A stretch of 64,000 nt of DNA from Octopus bimaculoides (Eukaryota), in contig NC_068981.1 of assembly GCF_001194135.2 (NCBI RefSeq), forward strand, positions 172,214,507 to 172,278,506, read 5' to 3'. Positions 24,077 through 35,475 of this stretch are shown piece by piece; position 1 is the first letter of the stretch, and every line of letters starts with the position of its first letter. The position numbers and the translations under genes are program-made. The notes under the pieces are model-generated. The model saw only the letters and a list, made by a program, of their open reading frames with translations. It was not told the DNA's origin and made no database searches.

Positions 24077-25962
24077 ATATTTTTACTTCATCGATCTGAT
24101 TTTTTCCTTTGATTTGCCGGAATTTGCTCGTTGTTTGTCTGGATTTGGGAGAGCAGTTTTCCCTACCTTCTAACTCATATCCTCGTGAATATATAGACAA
24201 ACGTATGCATATATCAGGAATAAACAACCTTTTTCGAGATGCAGGCTATATAAGACATTGGCTCTTTTTCAAACGAGCCTCACTATTACAAAAAATTAAG
24301 ATAATTTTTCATTTAGGTGTTACGTTTAGAAAGACCCGCGGATCGTAGTTTGTCTGTGACTGGCGAGTTTGCATGTGCATGTGTACGCGAGTATATATAT
24401 GTATGTTTATGTCTTTAATGTTGGGGAGTAAGAGCATCGGCAAAACCTATATAACTGCTCCTAAACTAACGATTCGGAAACATTAAAACACATTTAGTGT
24501 GTTTTAATAGTTAGTTAGATTTCTTTTATTTTCTTTTTGCGACTAGATGTTTGAAGCAACATATCAGATGGAGAGGGGGCGGCTTAGAGAAATCGGGCAT
24601 TTTTGACAGGAATAGAATTTAGAAATGTGCTTTATATAAGAGAGGGAGAAATCCAGTGAGGGTAATAATAGAGAAGTCACGAATGTATCGATTGAATTTC
24701 ATTGAAGATGATACATATCCAACAGATTCTCCTGAGGTCATTAAACTATTAGTAAAAGATGACACGATGATATGATGACACAGGATACACCTTGGTGATG
24801 AGCCAGTAGTGAATGTTAAAATATTCTGGCTGTCGTCTAATACAGAAAGGAGAATGACGAGTGCACCATCATGCAATGTACGAACTATATGCAATCAGTG
24901 AATAAATTTCTGATGTGTTGTAAATTAGCATCTGTTCGGACCTGAATTAACTGCTGAGATTAAATACGAAAACTAATACTTTTAACACAATTTTAGCTGC
25001 GTTTAATAGTTGATGATATTCTATGAACAATAGTCGGAGATTGAGAATTCCAATATATCTAATGAAATGTAATCAACTGAGCTGTTTATTTCACATATAT
25101 TTGAATATAGCGGTCTCTTTCCTTAAGAGGTGTAGTGAATATGTTTAAGGATAGAGGTCTAAACAAGAGAATTGAGCCTGTTTTAGGATAACGTGTGCAT
25201 TTCAAATACCAGAGAAAGATGAATTTGATCATTTCACTTGATAGCGCAAAGGTTGTTGATATCACATACTGCTATAAACCTACCGGTTTCTCGCGCTTAA
25301 GTTTTATTCGTAGTATCCCTGTTGCTACTTAGCGCAGGCCAGCCCTGATCGAGCCAAACTATGACGACAGAAGTCCTGATCTTGATAATCTCGTCTTTAT
25401 TCTAAGTTTCTAGATGATATTATTTGCTTTTGACATATAAAAACGGGATTCCATACCGTATGGCAAATTGTATAACACTCACCCCAGCGAAGCAGCCTCT
25501 TCATAGTTGCAAGAAATAGCAACCAAATCGCCCCCAAATCATACTCTACCATCTTTAAAAAATTAGAAAGACATATTTGGGATAATGTTCAAAAGGAACA
25601 CTAACACGTCGATTTCACTAGTTTCGGAGGGCCTATGAAGACCATGAGAACATGCCCTTTCTCTAGACCAACCCAATAATTATATTCAATGTGAAAAACA
25701 CACTGCATTCGTTTGCAAGCAGACGAGATGGTCATGACTGGAATACCTTTATATCATAGCTCTGCTCACTCAATCCTAACCTAAAGCTAAGCAACAACAG
25801 CAACAGTGTTCTACTGACTGTGTTGTTAATAATAAAAATAACTATTTACACAGACACAACATCAGAAATTGTGTAGTACAGTCGATTAAATTGACTCCAG
25901 AACTTAGCTGGCAATCTCACTTCATCACCTCTCGGAAAGATGACAAGTAAATTCTATCTCAG

Positions 25963-26102
25963 TGGAGTTTGTACTCACATGGTTCCGGGTTCAGTCCAAC
26001 TGCGTAGCATCTTGGGCAAGTGTCTTCTACTATAGCCTCCAGCCGACCAAAGCCTTGCGAGTGGATTTGGTAGACAGAAACTGAAAGAAGCTCGTCATAT
26101 AT

Positions 26103-26157
<55 letters not shown>

Positions 26158-26357
26158 TGCGTTTGTCCCCCTAACATTGCTTGACAACCGATGCTGGTGT
26201 GTTTATGTCCCCGTAACTTAGCGGTTCGGCAAAAGAGACCGATAGAATAGGGACTAGGCTTACAAAGAATAAGTCCCAGGGTCGATTTGCTCGACTAAAG
26301 GCGGTGCTCCAGCATGGCAGCAGTCAAATGACTGAAACAAGTAAAAAAGCAAAAGAG
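25963..26357 (+). mobile_element. tRNA-derived SINE family B with internal (TG)n
   Basis: B-box gggttcagtcc, CORE-like cttgggcaagtgtctt segment, conserved tail gcagtcaaatgactgaaacaagtaaaa. Confidence 0.9.
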
Positions 26358-27006
26358 TATTATAAAATCAAAACTGCTGACAAATGGTACAAGCACCACC
26401 CTGAGGCTGCAACTCGGGGAGAAAATGTAACGATTCTTTGCGATTTTCCAGTATGTACAGACCAAACCATCAAAGTAAATAAACCAGATAGTGTTGTGAA
26501 AGATCAAAACAATAAAGTCTGTTTATTGATTGATATGAGCATACCCTGTGACCATAATATTTGATAAGTTCAGAAAATATAAGGATTTGCTAACCGAAAT
26601 CGGAAAGATGTGGCATCTCAAAACGGTTACAATACAAGTGATTGTAGGAGCACTTGGAATGATCAAAAAAGAAACTGAAAATGATTTAAGAATGATCCCT
26701 GGCTTACCATCCATGCAGGAAGTGCAAAAGATTGTCTTAACTGGTACGTCACATGTACTGAGAAGAACGTTGACCCTGTGAATTTTCTTTCCTTTTTATG
26801 CCTTTTGTTTTCTTTGCTTACTTTTTTATTTTTTCCTTTTTCTCTCTGTCTTTCTTCCCCTTTTTCTCCATCGCACGACTTTGTAAATGAACAATCTGGT
26901 GTGTTTATTTCAATGGCCTACAAATGTGTACAGTGCGTTTCTCTGCCCTAGATGTCAGTGAGACACTCGGCAAGAAATGGAAACAAAATTGAAAGATGAT
27001 AATGAA
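26355..27006 (+). mobile_element. 5'-truncated RLE-endonuclease LINE (R4/Dong-like), C-terminus plus 3' UTR
   Basis: DKWYKHHPE...ILCDFPVCTDQTIKVNKPDSVVKD...LLIDMSIPCDHNI, frameshift, FDKFRKYKDL...VIVGALG...QEVQKIVLTGTSHVLRRTL* (restriction-like PD-(D/E)xK-type endonuclease layout); followed by (AAT)n. Confidence 0.85.
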
Positions 27007-27068
<62 letters not shown>

Positions 27069-27375
27069 NNNNNNNNNNNNNNNNNNNNNNNNNNNNNNNN
27101 NNNNNNNNNNNNNNNNNNNNNNNNNNNNNNNNNNNNNNNNNNNNNNNNNNNNNNNNNNNNNNNNNNNNNNNNNNNNNNNNNNNNNNNNNNNNNNNNNNNN
27201 NNNNNNNNNNNNNNNNNNNNNNNNNNNNNNNNNNNNNNNNNNNNNNNNNNNNNNNNNNNNNNNNNNNNNGAAGAAGAAGAAGAAGAAGAAGAAGAAGAAG
27301 AAGAAGAAGAAGAAGAAGAAGAAGAAGAAGAAGAAGAAGAAGAAGAAGAAGAAGAAGAAGAAGAAGAAGAAGAAG
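27007..27375. repeat. (AAT)n and (GAA)n microsatellites either side of N-gap 27069-27269
   Basis: Direct runs. Confidence 0.95.
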
Positions 27376-27639
27376 GTCTTTTATTAGCCTCCAAGGCCCA
27401 GTATGCTGGAAGCATTACTATGGCAAAATGCGGAAGAAATAAAAAGAAACAAGAAACAGCGATGTTACATTGAATAAAAGAGTGTGATCAGTTGTTACGA
27501 AAGACAGCAGATATATAACAATAAATTATAATAACAATACAGAACAATGAATCCTCTACGTAAGGAACCACTAAGTTAAACTTCACACATAACTCCTGAT
27601 GATTTTGTCAAACCAAAACTTTGTCCCAGTTCTCGCTGC

Positions 27640-28400
27640 CAGCCATCAACCACATAGAGTGGGCCCATTTAAAGGCACGCTAATTACGCTACTCTGTCTC
27701 ACCTTTCAGAAAATTTACTGGAGAGCAGCGCCTCCTTCTCCACTCTAACCTTCCTCTTCAAGTGGCACTTTAAAAAGTTGATGGCTTGGCCTGAGAGGAC
27801 AAGCTCTGCTCTCAAATCTTTTAACTGCATTCACCATACGACTTCCTTTATCATAGCCACAAAACGCGAAGACTAACAGTTGTTCCTTTTCAAAGAATGA
27901 CGACGGGTTGACATTCACGATAGATTTGATTGATAGGTCCACTCAGTCCACCCGCACGTGATAATAGCTGTTTAACAAACCCACAAATCAGCAATGCACT
28001 GACACTAGTATCTACAAGTGAGAACGACGTCACCGTAGTAACGTCGGTCACATAGTCAGAATACGAAGCAGTAACAGAAACAAAAATTCATTTCCACAAG
28101 TTCAGTACCTGGTGAACAAAGTTCATGTCGGCTAACGCCGTGAGATGCTGAACGAACTGTATCGAGCACGTACCGCGTAGTTTCGCCACCCTGCACGCAT
28201 CCCAGATTATTCAGTTTGTGTAGTTCTATCACAATCATACCTGTAAAGTTTATCTCGAACTGGAAGTGCTTCCTCGCAGAAAAACAAAAGCCTTTGGAAA
28301 TTGTCCGTAGTCCCTTACAGGACATCACTGCAGAAGAGATTACCCAGTATGTCCAGAATCGATACCAAACCGTCATCGCTCGCTTATACCTTCCACTAAC
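27640..28400 (-). mobile_element. L1/Tx1-clade LINE ORF2 C-terminal fragment (zf-RVT region)
   Basis: Minus-strand frames give DNFQRLLFFCEEALPVRDKLYRY, CVQGGETTRYVL, IVNVNPSSFF and INFLKCHLKRKVRVEKEALLSSKFSER in order, with stops and frameshifts. Confidence 0.65.
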
Positions 28401-28640
28401 CTTCTAATGAATACAAAAGTTTATGTTCTACCTTCTACATAGTAAAGCGCAGTGAACGCCTCATAACATCCCAGCCAAACACCTAATGGCAATTGGCAGA
28501 ATCAGTTGAGCGTCCTAAGTTCAGATTCTTCAAGGATTTGACTTTGCCTTTCACAATAAGTAAGTACCAGTGAAGTGTTTGGTGTCGCTTAAGCTGACTA
28601 AATTCCCTTTCCCGGAAATATATATAACTTTGTGTAAGAT

Positions 28641-28784
28641 GGCGAGCGCGCAGAATGCTTAGTGGGATTCTTTCCGTCTTTTGTTTCGGGGTCGATGAAA
28701 TAAGTACCAGTTGAGCACTGGGGGCAGTCTAATCGACTTATCTCTTCCCTCGGAATTGCTGGCCTTGTGCTAAAATTTGAAATC
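28641..28784 (+). mobile_element. SINE family A, internally deleted
   Basis: ggcgagc head joined to tttcggggtcgatgaaataagtaccagttgagcactgg body. Confidence 0.8.
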
Positions 28785-29450
28785 TTTATATATATATATA
28801 TATAACTTTCTGTATAAGATAGAAATCATTATTGAGGCGAAGATAACTGAACACCCTATTCCACAGGACTTTCAGCTCGGAGACCATGGCAACTTTCTGG
28901 TTTGGCAGTGTTTCTGGTAGTGTGATGAACATTACCAGCTCTGCAATCCATAAGGATCGCCCTGCCGGCTTCTTTTGGTCCTGAAGGCTAGGCCGTTTTT
29001 CTTTGTCTGTCAGCTATGACAAAAAAAAAAAAAAGATTATATGGCGGAAAATATTGGAAGAACTGAATACAGATAATTTCCTCTTCGATCAAGCTCTCAG
29101 CTTTTTTAAGTCCNNNNNNNNNNNNNNNNNNNNNNNNNNNNNNNNNNNNNNNNNNNNNNNNNNNNNNNNNNNNNNNNNNNNNNNNNNNNNNNNNNNNNNN
29201 NNNNNNNNNNNNNNNNNNNNNNNNNNNNNNNNNNNNNNNNNNNNNNNNNNNNNNNNNNNNNNNNNNNNNNNNNNNNNNNNNNNNNNNNNNNNNNNNNNNN
29301 NNNNNNNNNNNNNNNNNNNNNNNNNNNNNNNNNNNNNNNNNNNNNNNNNNNNNNNNNNNNNNNNNNNNNNNNNNNNNNNNNNNNNNNNNNNNNNNNNNNN
29401 NNNNNNNNNNNNNNNNNNNNNNNNNNNNNNNNNNNNNNNNNNNNNNNNNA

Positions 29451-29761
29451 ATTAACGTGCAAGTGGCTGAGCACTCCACAGACACGTGTACCCTTAACAT
29501 AGTTCTCGGGGATATTCAGCGTGACTCAGTGTGACAAGGCTGACCCTTTGAATTACAGGCACAACATAAACAGGAAGTAAGAGTGAGAGAAAGTTGTGGT
29601 GAAAGAGTACAGCAGGGTTCGCCACCATCCCCTGCCGGAGCCTCGTGGAGCTTTTAGGTGTTTTCGCTCAATAAACACTCACAACGCCCGGTCTGGGAAT
29701 CGAAACCGCGATCCTATGACCGCGAGTCCGCTGCCCTAACCACTGGGCCATTGTGCCTCCA
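29451..29761 (-). mobile_element. tRNA-derived SINE family D (truncated by gap 29114-29450)
   Basis: Minus-strand head tggcccagtggttaggg (A box) ... ggtttcgattccc (B box); body shared with the 21481 copy. Confidence 0.85.
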
Positions 29762-30387
29762 GTTCCATGCACATACTTTGCAAAGAAAGACAAAATTTGC
29801 ACGCAAGCCAATTTCTGCACACACCAACAAAAAAAAAATGGGTGTCAGTCACGAGAATAGTTCGTGTGGTTGGGTCGAACTGTAAGACGGAGAATGCAGC
29901 AAGGAAAGGGAATTTGTCCTTACTAATCGGGATAATCCTAAATCTCTGGAGTTCCATGATTGACTCCTTGTATTTGTCATTCTATTGCGATGTCATATTT
30001 CGTTCCTTTTGTATACATTTCCCCACCACCATCATTCCACCACCAATACACGATTCTGCAGAAACCCCTAAGTTTTCTAGTAATTTTCCTAGCGATGTCC
30101 CTCTATCCATCAATCTTGCGACATCAGTACTAATAGGAAGAGGGAAATGCTTTCCTGCAGCAAATTTGTCAAAAGCCGGATGAGTGACTGAGGAAAATAA
30201 TGTACGCCTGTTGATTGAAGAACAGTTGGGCGAGGGCTTGTGTCCTTCCTTTTTAGTCAGAGTGAGCTGAATTCTTAGGGCTCCTTGGTTGACTCTAGAT
30301 GGAGAGGACTGCATCATCCCTGTTGACATATTTTGTATACTATGTATACTTTAACTCATTCCCCTCTCTTCTCCTATTTTCTTTCTT

Positions 30388-30804
30388 TTTTACTCTTTTA
30401 CTTGTTTCAGTCATTTGACTGCGGCCATGTTGGAGCATCGCCTTTAGTCGAGCAAATCAACTTCAGGACTTATTCTTTGGAAGCTTAGTACTTACTTATT
30501 CTATCGGCCTCTTTTGCCGAACCGCTAAGTTACGGGGACGTAAACACACCACCATCGGTTGTCAAGCGATGTTGGGGGGACAAACACAGACACACAAACA
30601 TACACACACACACACACACACATAAATATATAAATATATATATACATATATACGACGGGCTTCTTTCAGTTTCCGCCTACCAAATCCACTCACAAGGCTT
30701 TGGTCGGCCCGAGGCTATAGTAGAAGACACTTGCCCAACGTGCCACGCAGTGGGAATGAACCCGGAATCATGTGGTTGGTAAGGAAACTACTTACCACAC
30801 AGCC
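30388..30804 (-). mobile_element. tRNA-derived SINE family B (full length)
   Basis: Reverse complement of family B from ggctgtgtggtaag head to aagtaaaagagtaaaa tail. Confidence 0.92.
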
Positions 30805-31249
30805 TCCTCATCATTTTTTATAAGTCCACTCACAGATTGTAAACTGTCTTTGTAAATAAAAGAAATCCACCTCCACCTCCTCCTCCTCCTCCTCATTATC
30901 ATCGTCGTCGTCATTAGTAGTAGTAGTACATGGCGAACTTTGGAAAATTGAAGTAAATGAACTCCTGTGAGTCGAACCCGCAATATAAATTTCCGCTTCT
31001 GTTTCAAACTCATTTACTTCAGAGGTACGTTACGAATGTCCTCAGGAAAAGCATGAAGCGCACAACATCCCATTTCCTCTTCTGCTTATAAACCAGAGAC
31101 TTTGTCTGCCGGTATATAACGAAAAATCAATATGTAGCAGCAACAATATAGCCGACGGAGAGAGTGAGCAAGCAGTTTGGTTAACTCGTTTATATTACTC
31201 ACTGATCAACTACTCGTCCAGACGACGACGACGACGATCGTGATGATGT

Positions 31250-31430
31250 GCAAACCTCAGATCAAAATTGATCAGGCAAGCCTAGGATCAAAAAGCATTG
31301 CAGTCATCACCATCCTGTCTTTGTAGGGGTATTTTAGGATTGCGTTATAAGACGGTAGGGCGTGATTTAAGGGAGATTTTGGCTGCTATTTCTAACAGGT
31401 TGAGCGACCACGCAGAGCGTCCCTTCTTAG
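31250..31430 (+). mobile_element. Unclassified interspersed repeat (family E)
   Basis: gtgatttaagggagattttggctgctatttcta..ag.ttgagcgac motif recurs near 9930-9965 and 34670-34730, and inverted near 25510-25560. Confidence 0.6.
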
Positions 31431-32046
31431 TATCGTCATTCGTCGCTCTCATAGTTACTCCTCACAACGTCGATATATTCAACATCCTCATCCTGTTTCT
31501 ATTGTGGCTACTGCTGTTTATTACTGTCATGTTTACTGCTGTTATTGCTGCTGATTTAATCGTATTGCCTTCTCTATTCTTTCTTTCTTTCACTCTCTCT
31601 CTTTCTCTTCATAACTGCTACTGTTGCAGTTGATTCTGTGGCTACAGTCACTGCTGCTTCAGCTGCTGTTGCTCTTGTTGATGTTTACGACTGTTAATGC
31701 CTGTTGTTGTTGCTGCTGCTTCTGCTGATTTGATCGCGTTGCTTTTGCTTCTCTCTTTTTCTTTCTCTCTCTCTCTTGCTATCTCCCACTTCCCTTCCCC
31801 CTCACTCTTACAACAGTTGATCTTAATGCTACCGTCACTGCTGCTGCTGCCGCGCGTTTGCAAATGAGATGTTGTTAACGCCATCTTGAATTTTTTGAAA
31901 GGTCTTCGATTGTTGTTTCTAGTTTCTCTTTTATCCCGGTGACTGGCCTAACACTTTATGGCAGTCCACCACAACCCCCCCCCAGAAAGACTTCGCAGCT
32001 AATTTTTTAGAGTGCTAAGGACATGCATGTTCTAAATAAATAAATA

Positions 32047-32095
<49 letters not shown>

Positions 32096-32467
32096 GTATA
32101 TGCACACCGATTCCAAACCCGAGTAATTCGTAGTTATATATATATATCTCATAGCCACAATAGTCACACACCTTTTTAGTTATATGAATAAAAAGAAAAA
32201 AGGCCTGCTTTTATTATTAACATTGTGACTGTCATTTACAACATATATGTGTCTGTCGTTATATTCAGTTGTTTGGGGGAGGGTTATTTTTAGAAAAATA
32301 ATATAAGCTGATATTATTCCTATTTAGTAGTTTCACGATTTAACGGCCAGTCGATGAAAAAAAAAATTAATACATATGTATATATGTGTATATATATATA
32401 TATACACATATCCTATGATCTCTTATATTGTAGTCGTAACAGCGGTATTATTGAGTGAAGACTTCAT

Positions 32468-32620
32468 TATTACTACTACTACTAGAGCTTTAACAACTAC
32501 TACTACTACTAGAGCTTTAACAACTACCACCACCACTACTACTACTGCTAGAGCTTTAACAACTACCACTACTACTACTACTGCTACTACTATTACAACC
32601 ACTACTGCTGCTGCTGCTGT
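32468..32620. repeat. (ACT/ACC)n tract with three copies of AGAGCTTTAACA
   Basis: Higher-order repeat visible directly. Confidence 0.9.
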
Positions 32621-33850
32621 TTCTGCCTGTTATTACAGTTCAGAATACCATCACTAAGAGGAACCAAGGACTGTCGGAAGGCTTTACTGTAAAACAACTA
32701 CCTTTGCAATTTACCGACGGCTGACAAACGAAGTCGCCGGGAAGGAGTTAATATTTTTTTTTTCTATTTTTTTTACAAAAAAAAAAACCAAAAAAAAAAA
32801 CCCAAACCCTTGCAAAAAAAAAGGAAACGTAAAAAAAAATATATATAAATATATATATATATATTTATTTCAAACAACACAATAATACATTCATATACAC
32901 GAAATATATATATATACGTATATATATATATATTTTAAAATAACCCGAGANNNNNNNNNNNNNNNNNNNNNNNNNNNNNNNNNNNNNNNNNNNNNNNNNN
33001 NNNNNNNNNNNNNNNNNNNNNNNNNNNNNNNNNNNNNNNNNNNNNNNNNNNNNNNNNNNNNNNNNNNNNNNNNNNNNNNNNNNNNNNNNNNNNNNNNNNN
33101 NNNNNNNNNNNNNNNNNNNNNNNNNNNNNNNNNNNNNNNNNNNNNNNNNNNNNNNNNNNNNNNNNNNNNNNNNNNNNNNNNNNNNNNNNNNNNNNNNNNN
33201 NNNNNNNNNNNNNNNNNNNNNNNNNNNNNNNNNNNNNNNNNNNNNNNNNNNNNNNNNNNNNNNNNNNNNNNNNNNNNNNNNNNNNNNNNNNNNNNNNNNN
33301 NNNNNNNNNNNNNNNNNNNNNNNNNNNNNNNNNNNNNNNNNNNNNNNNNNNNNNNNNNNNNNNNNNNNNNNNNNNNNNNNNNNNNNNNNNNNNNNNNNNN
33401 NNNNNNNNNNNNNNNNNNNNNNNNNNNNNNNNNNNNNNNNNNNNNNNNNNNNNNNNNNNNNNNNNNNNNNNNNNNNNNNNNNNNNNNNNNNNNNNNNNNN
33501 NNNNNNNNNNNNNNNNNNNNTAGTAATGCCCTTATATAAATAAATATATTTTGGGGAATAAATGATGGATTTTTTTCCCTTATGAGGTTTTTTTCACGCT
33601 AGCTACTTGATAAATTCTTGTAAAAGAATTCATCCTATTATTGAATATATATATATATAGCCATATAACATACTGCGTTGCTGATGATGATGATATCTTC
33701 ATATGGGAGATTTTTAGAATAGATGAAGGAGATGGTATATAGGTGTATATATGTTATATCAAAAACAGTTGAGTATTAAATTGGAGGATCATTGGATACT
33801 TTTTTTACTGGAGTACCATATTTAATTTCCACAACGAAAATTTTGGCTGT

Positions 33851-33921
33851 GACTTCGAAGTTTCGTCTTACTAAGACAGTTCGATGATGATGATTAGTAA
33901 GTAAACCGAAACTTCGAAGTC
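33851..33921. other. Hairpin with perfect 15-bp arms, each a hammerhead GAAAC/stem III/GUC half
   Basis: gacttcgaagtttcg (33851-33865) and cgaaacttcgaagtc (33907-33921). Confidence 0.7.
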
Positions 33922-34102
33922 TCACTCAGTCAATCATTTCCTTATAATGTTTATATATACATATATTATAAACATACATATATATACACCATCGTAATTT
34001 TATTTGATTTTATTTTCATTTCTTTGTACAATGGCCTCTGTAATTAAAGAACTAAAATTTACCATTCCTTTCTTGTATATAACCTCTCGTTAGCGGGTTA
34101 TA

Positions 34103-34150
<48 letters not shown>

Positions 34151-35074
34151 CATACACCCCCAGAGAATGTATACTTTATGGGTATATATGCTACTTTGAT
34201 GGGAAAGGACTTTCGCTTTCTACATATAACTCCTCCGATTCGAAGTCGAGCTTAATGTTTCGTTTCATTTCATTTATTTTTCTTTTCTTTTTATCAGTAT
34301 AAAGTGGAATATCAATATATCGATCTTCAGCATTGTCTATATTGATGACAATCAAATATTGTGTGTATGTGTCTATATATGTGTCGATGTGAAGGTAGTG
34401 CAATGAATATTCGACATCAAAATGTTCCTTCGTTTTCTATTAAAATATATACAGCAGCAATATAGTATATAAAAAAGAATAACACACTAAGTAGGTGTGT
34501 TATTACTATATAACCCTAGGTCAACCATGATTGAGCAGACATATAATCAAAAGCATTTTAAACCATGGCCATCCTGCTTTTATTTTATTTTATTTTGTTT
34601 AATTTTTATGTTTAGTGTATTCCAGTCGACATTATCCAAAGTGGCCTTATTTTTTTAAGATTTTAGGGGTTTGATTTAAAGGAGATTTGTCTACTATTTC
34701 TAGCAATTTGAGCGACAGCATAGAAACACTCTCGTTTGTACTATGTAGGTGTTTAAGTTTCTCCGCTGTCCAAAATGCATATCGTTTTATTTTCTCATTT
34801 TTGTTGGAAATCTCCCTAATTGGTCATTTGGTTCATTTCTAATTATGATTTTTGTGGTCTTCCTTCGTATATGTATCAACACATTCAAACACATACGTGT
34901 TTGGCACACACGACTTTGCTAGTTCTTTTAATTTATTTATTGAATTTATTGCTTCTGTCTCCTTCGCAGACGATTATAATATATACTCACGTAGTAGTCT
35001 GCTACCATAACACCTACGTGCATGTGTGTGTGTATACACACGTAACTGCTGGCAGAATTGTTTACAAGTACCGT

Positions 35075-35106
35075 TTGTGTGTGTGTATGTATATATATAT
35101 ATATAT

Positions 35107-35137
<31 letters not shown>

Positions 35138-35252
35138 AATATATATATACATATACACACACACATACATATATATATACACACACACACATATATATAT
35201 ATACATATACACATATACACACACACATACATATATATATATACACACACAC

Positions 35253-35323
<71 letters not shown>

Positions 35324-35369
35324 CATATACACACACACATATATATATATATACATATACACACACACA

Positions 35370-35405
<36 letters not shown>

Positions 35406-35475
35406 TATGTGTGTGTATATATATATATATACACGCACACGCACACACACACACACACATACATATATATATGTA
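35075..35475. repeat. Long compound (CA)n/(TA)n/(CATA)n array
   Basis: Direct; explains all overlapping HT/YI/CV ORFs. Confidence 0.95.

Noticed and set aside
24619-24894. ORF with FNRYIRD, reminiscent of an RT YIDD motif
   Set aside because: Catalytic aspartates are incomplete and flanking motifs are not convincing
27590-27632. CTGATGA...CCAAAAC-TTT-GTC at the end of the Tx1 fragment
   Set aside because: G12 is absent and stems I/II pair poorly; could be a decayed relic but is unsupported
29690-29761. tRNA-like sequence (Arg-like loop) on the minus strand
   Set aside because: No acceptor stem and it continues into a SINE body; a SINE head, not a tRNA gene
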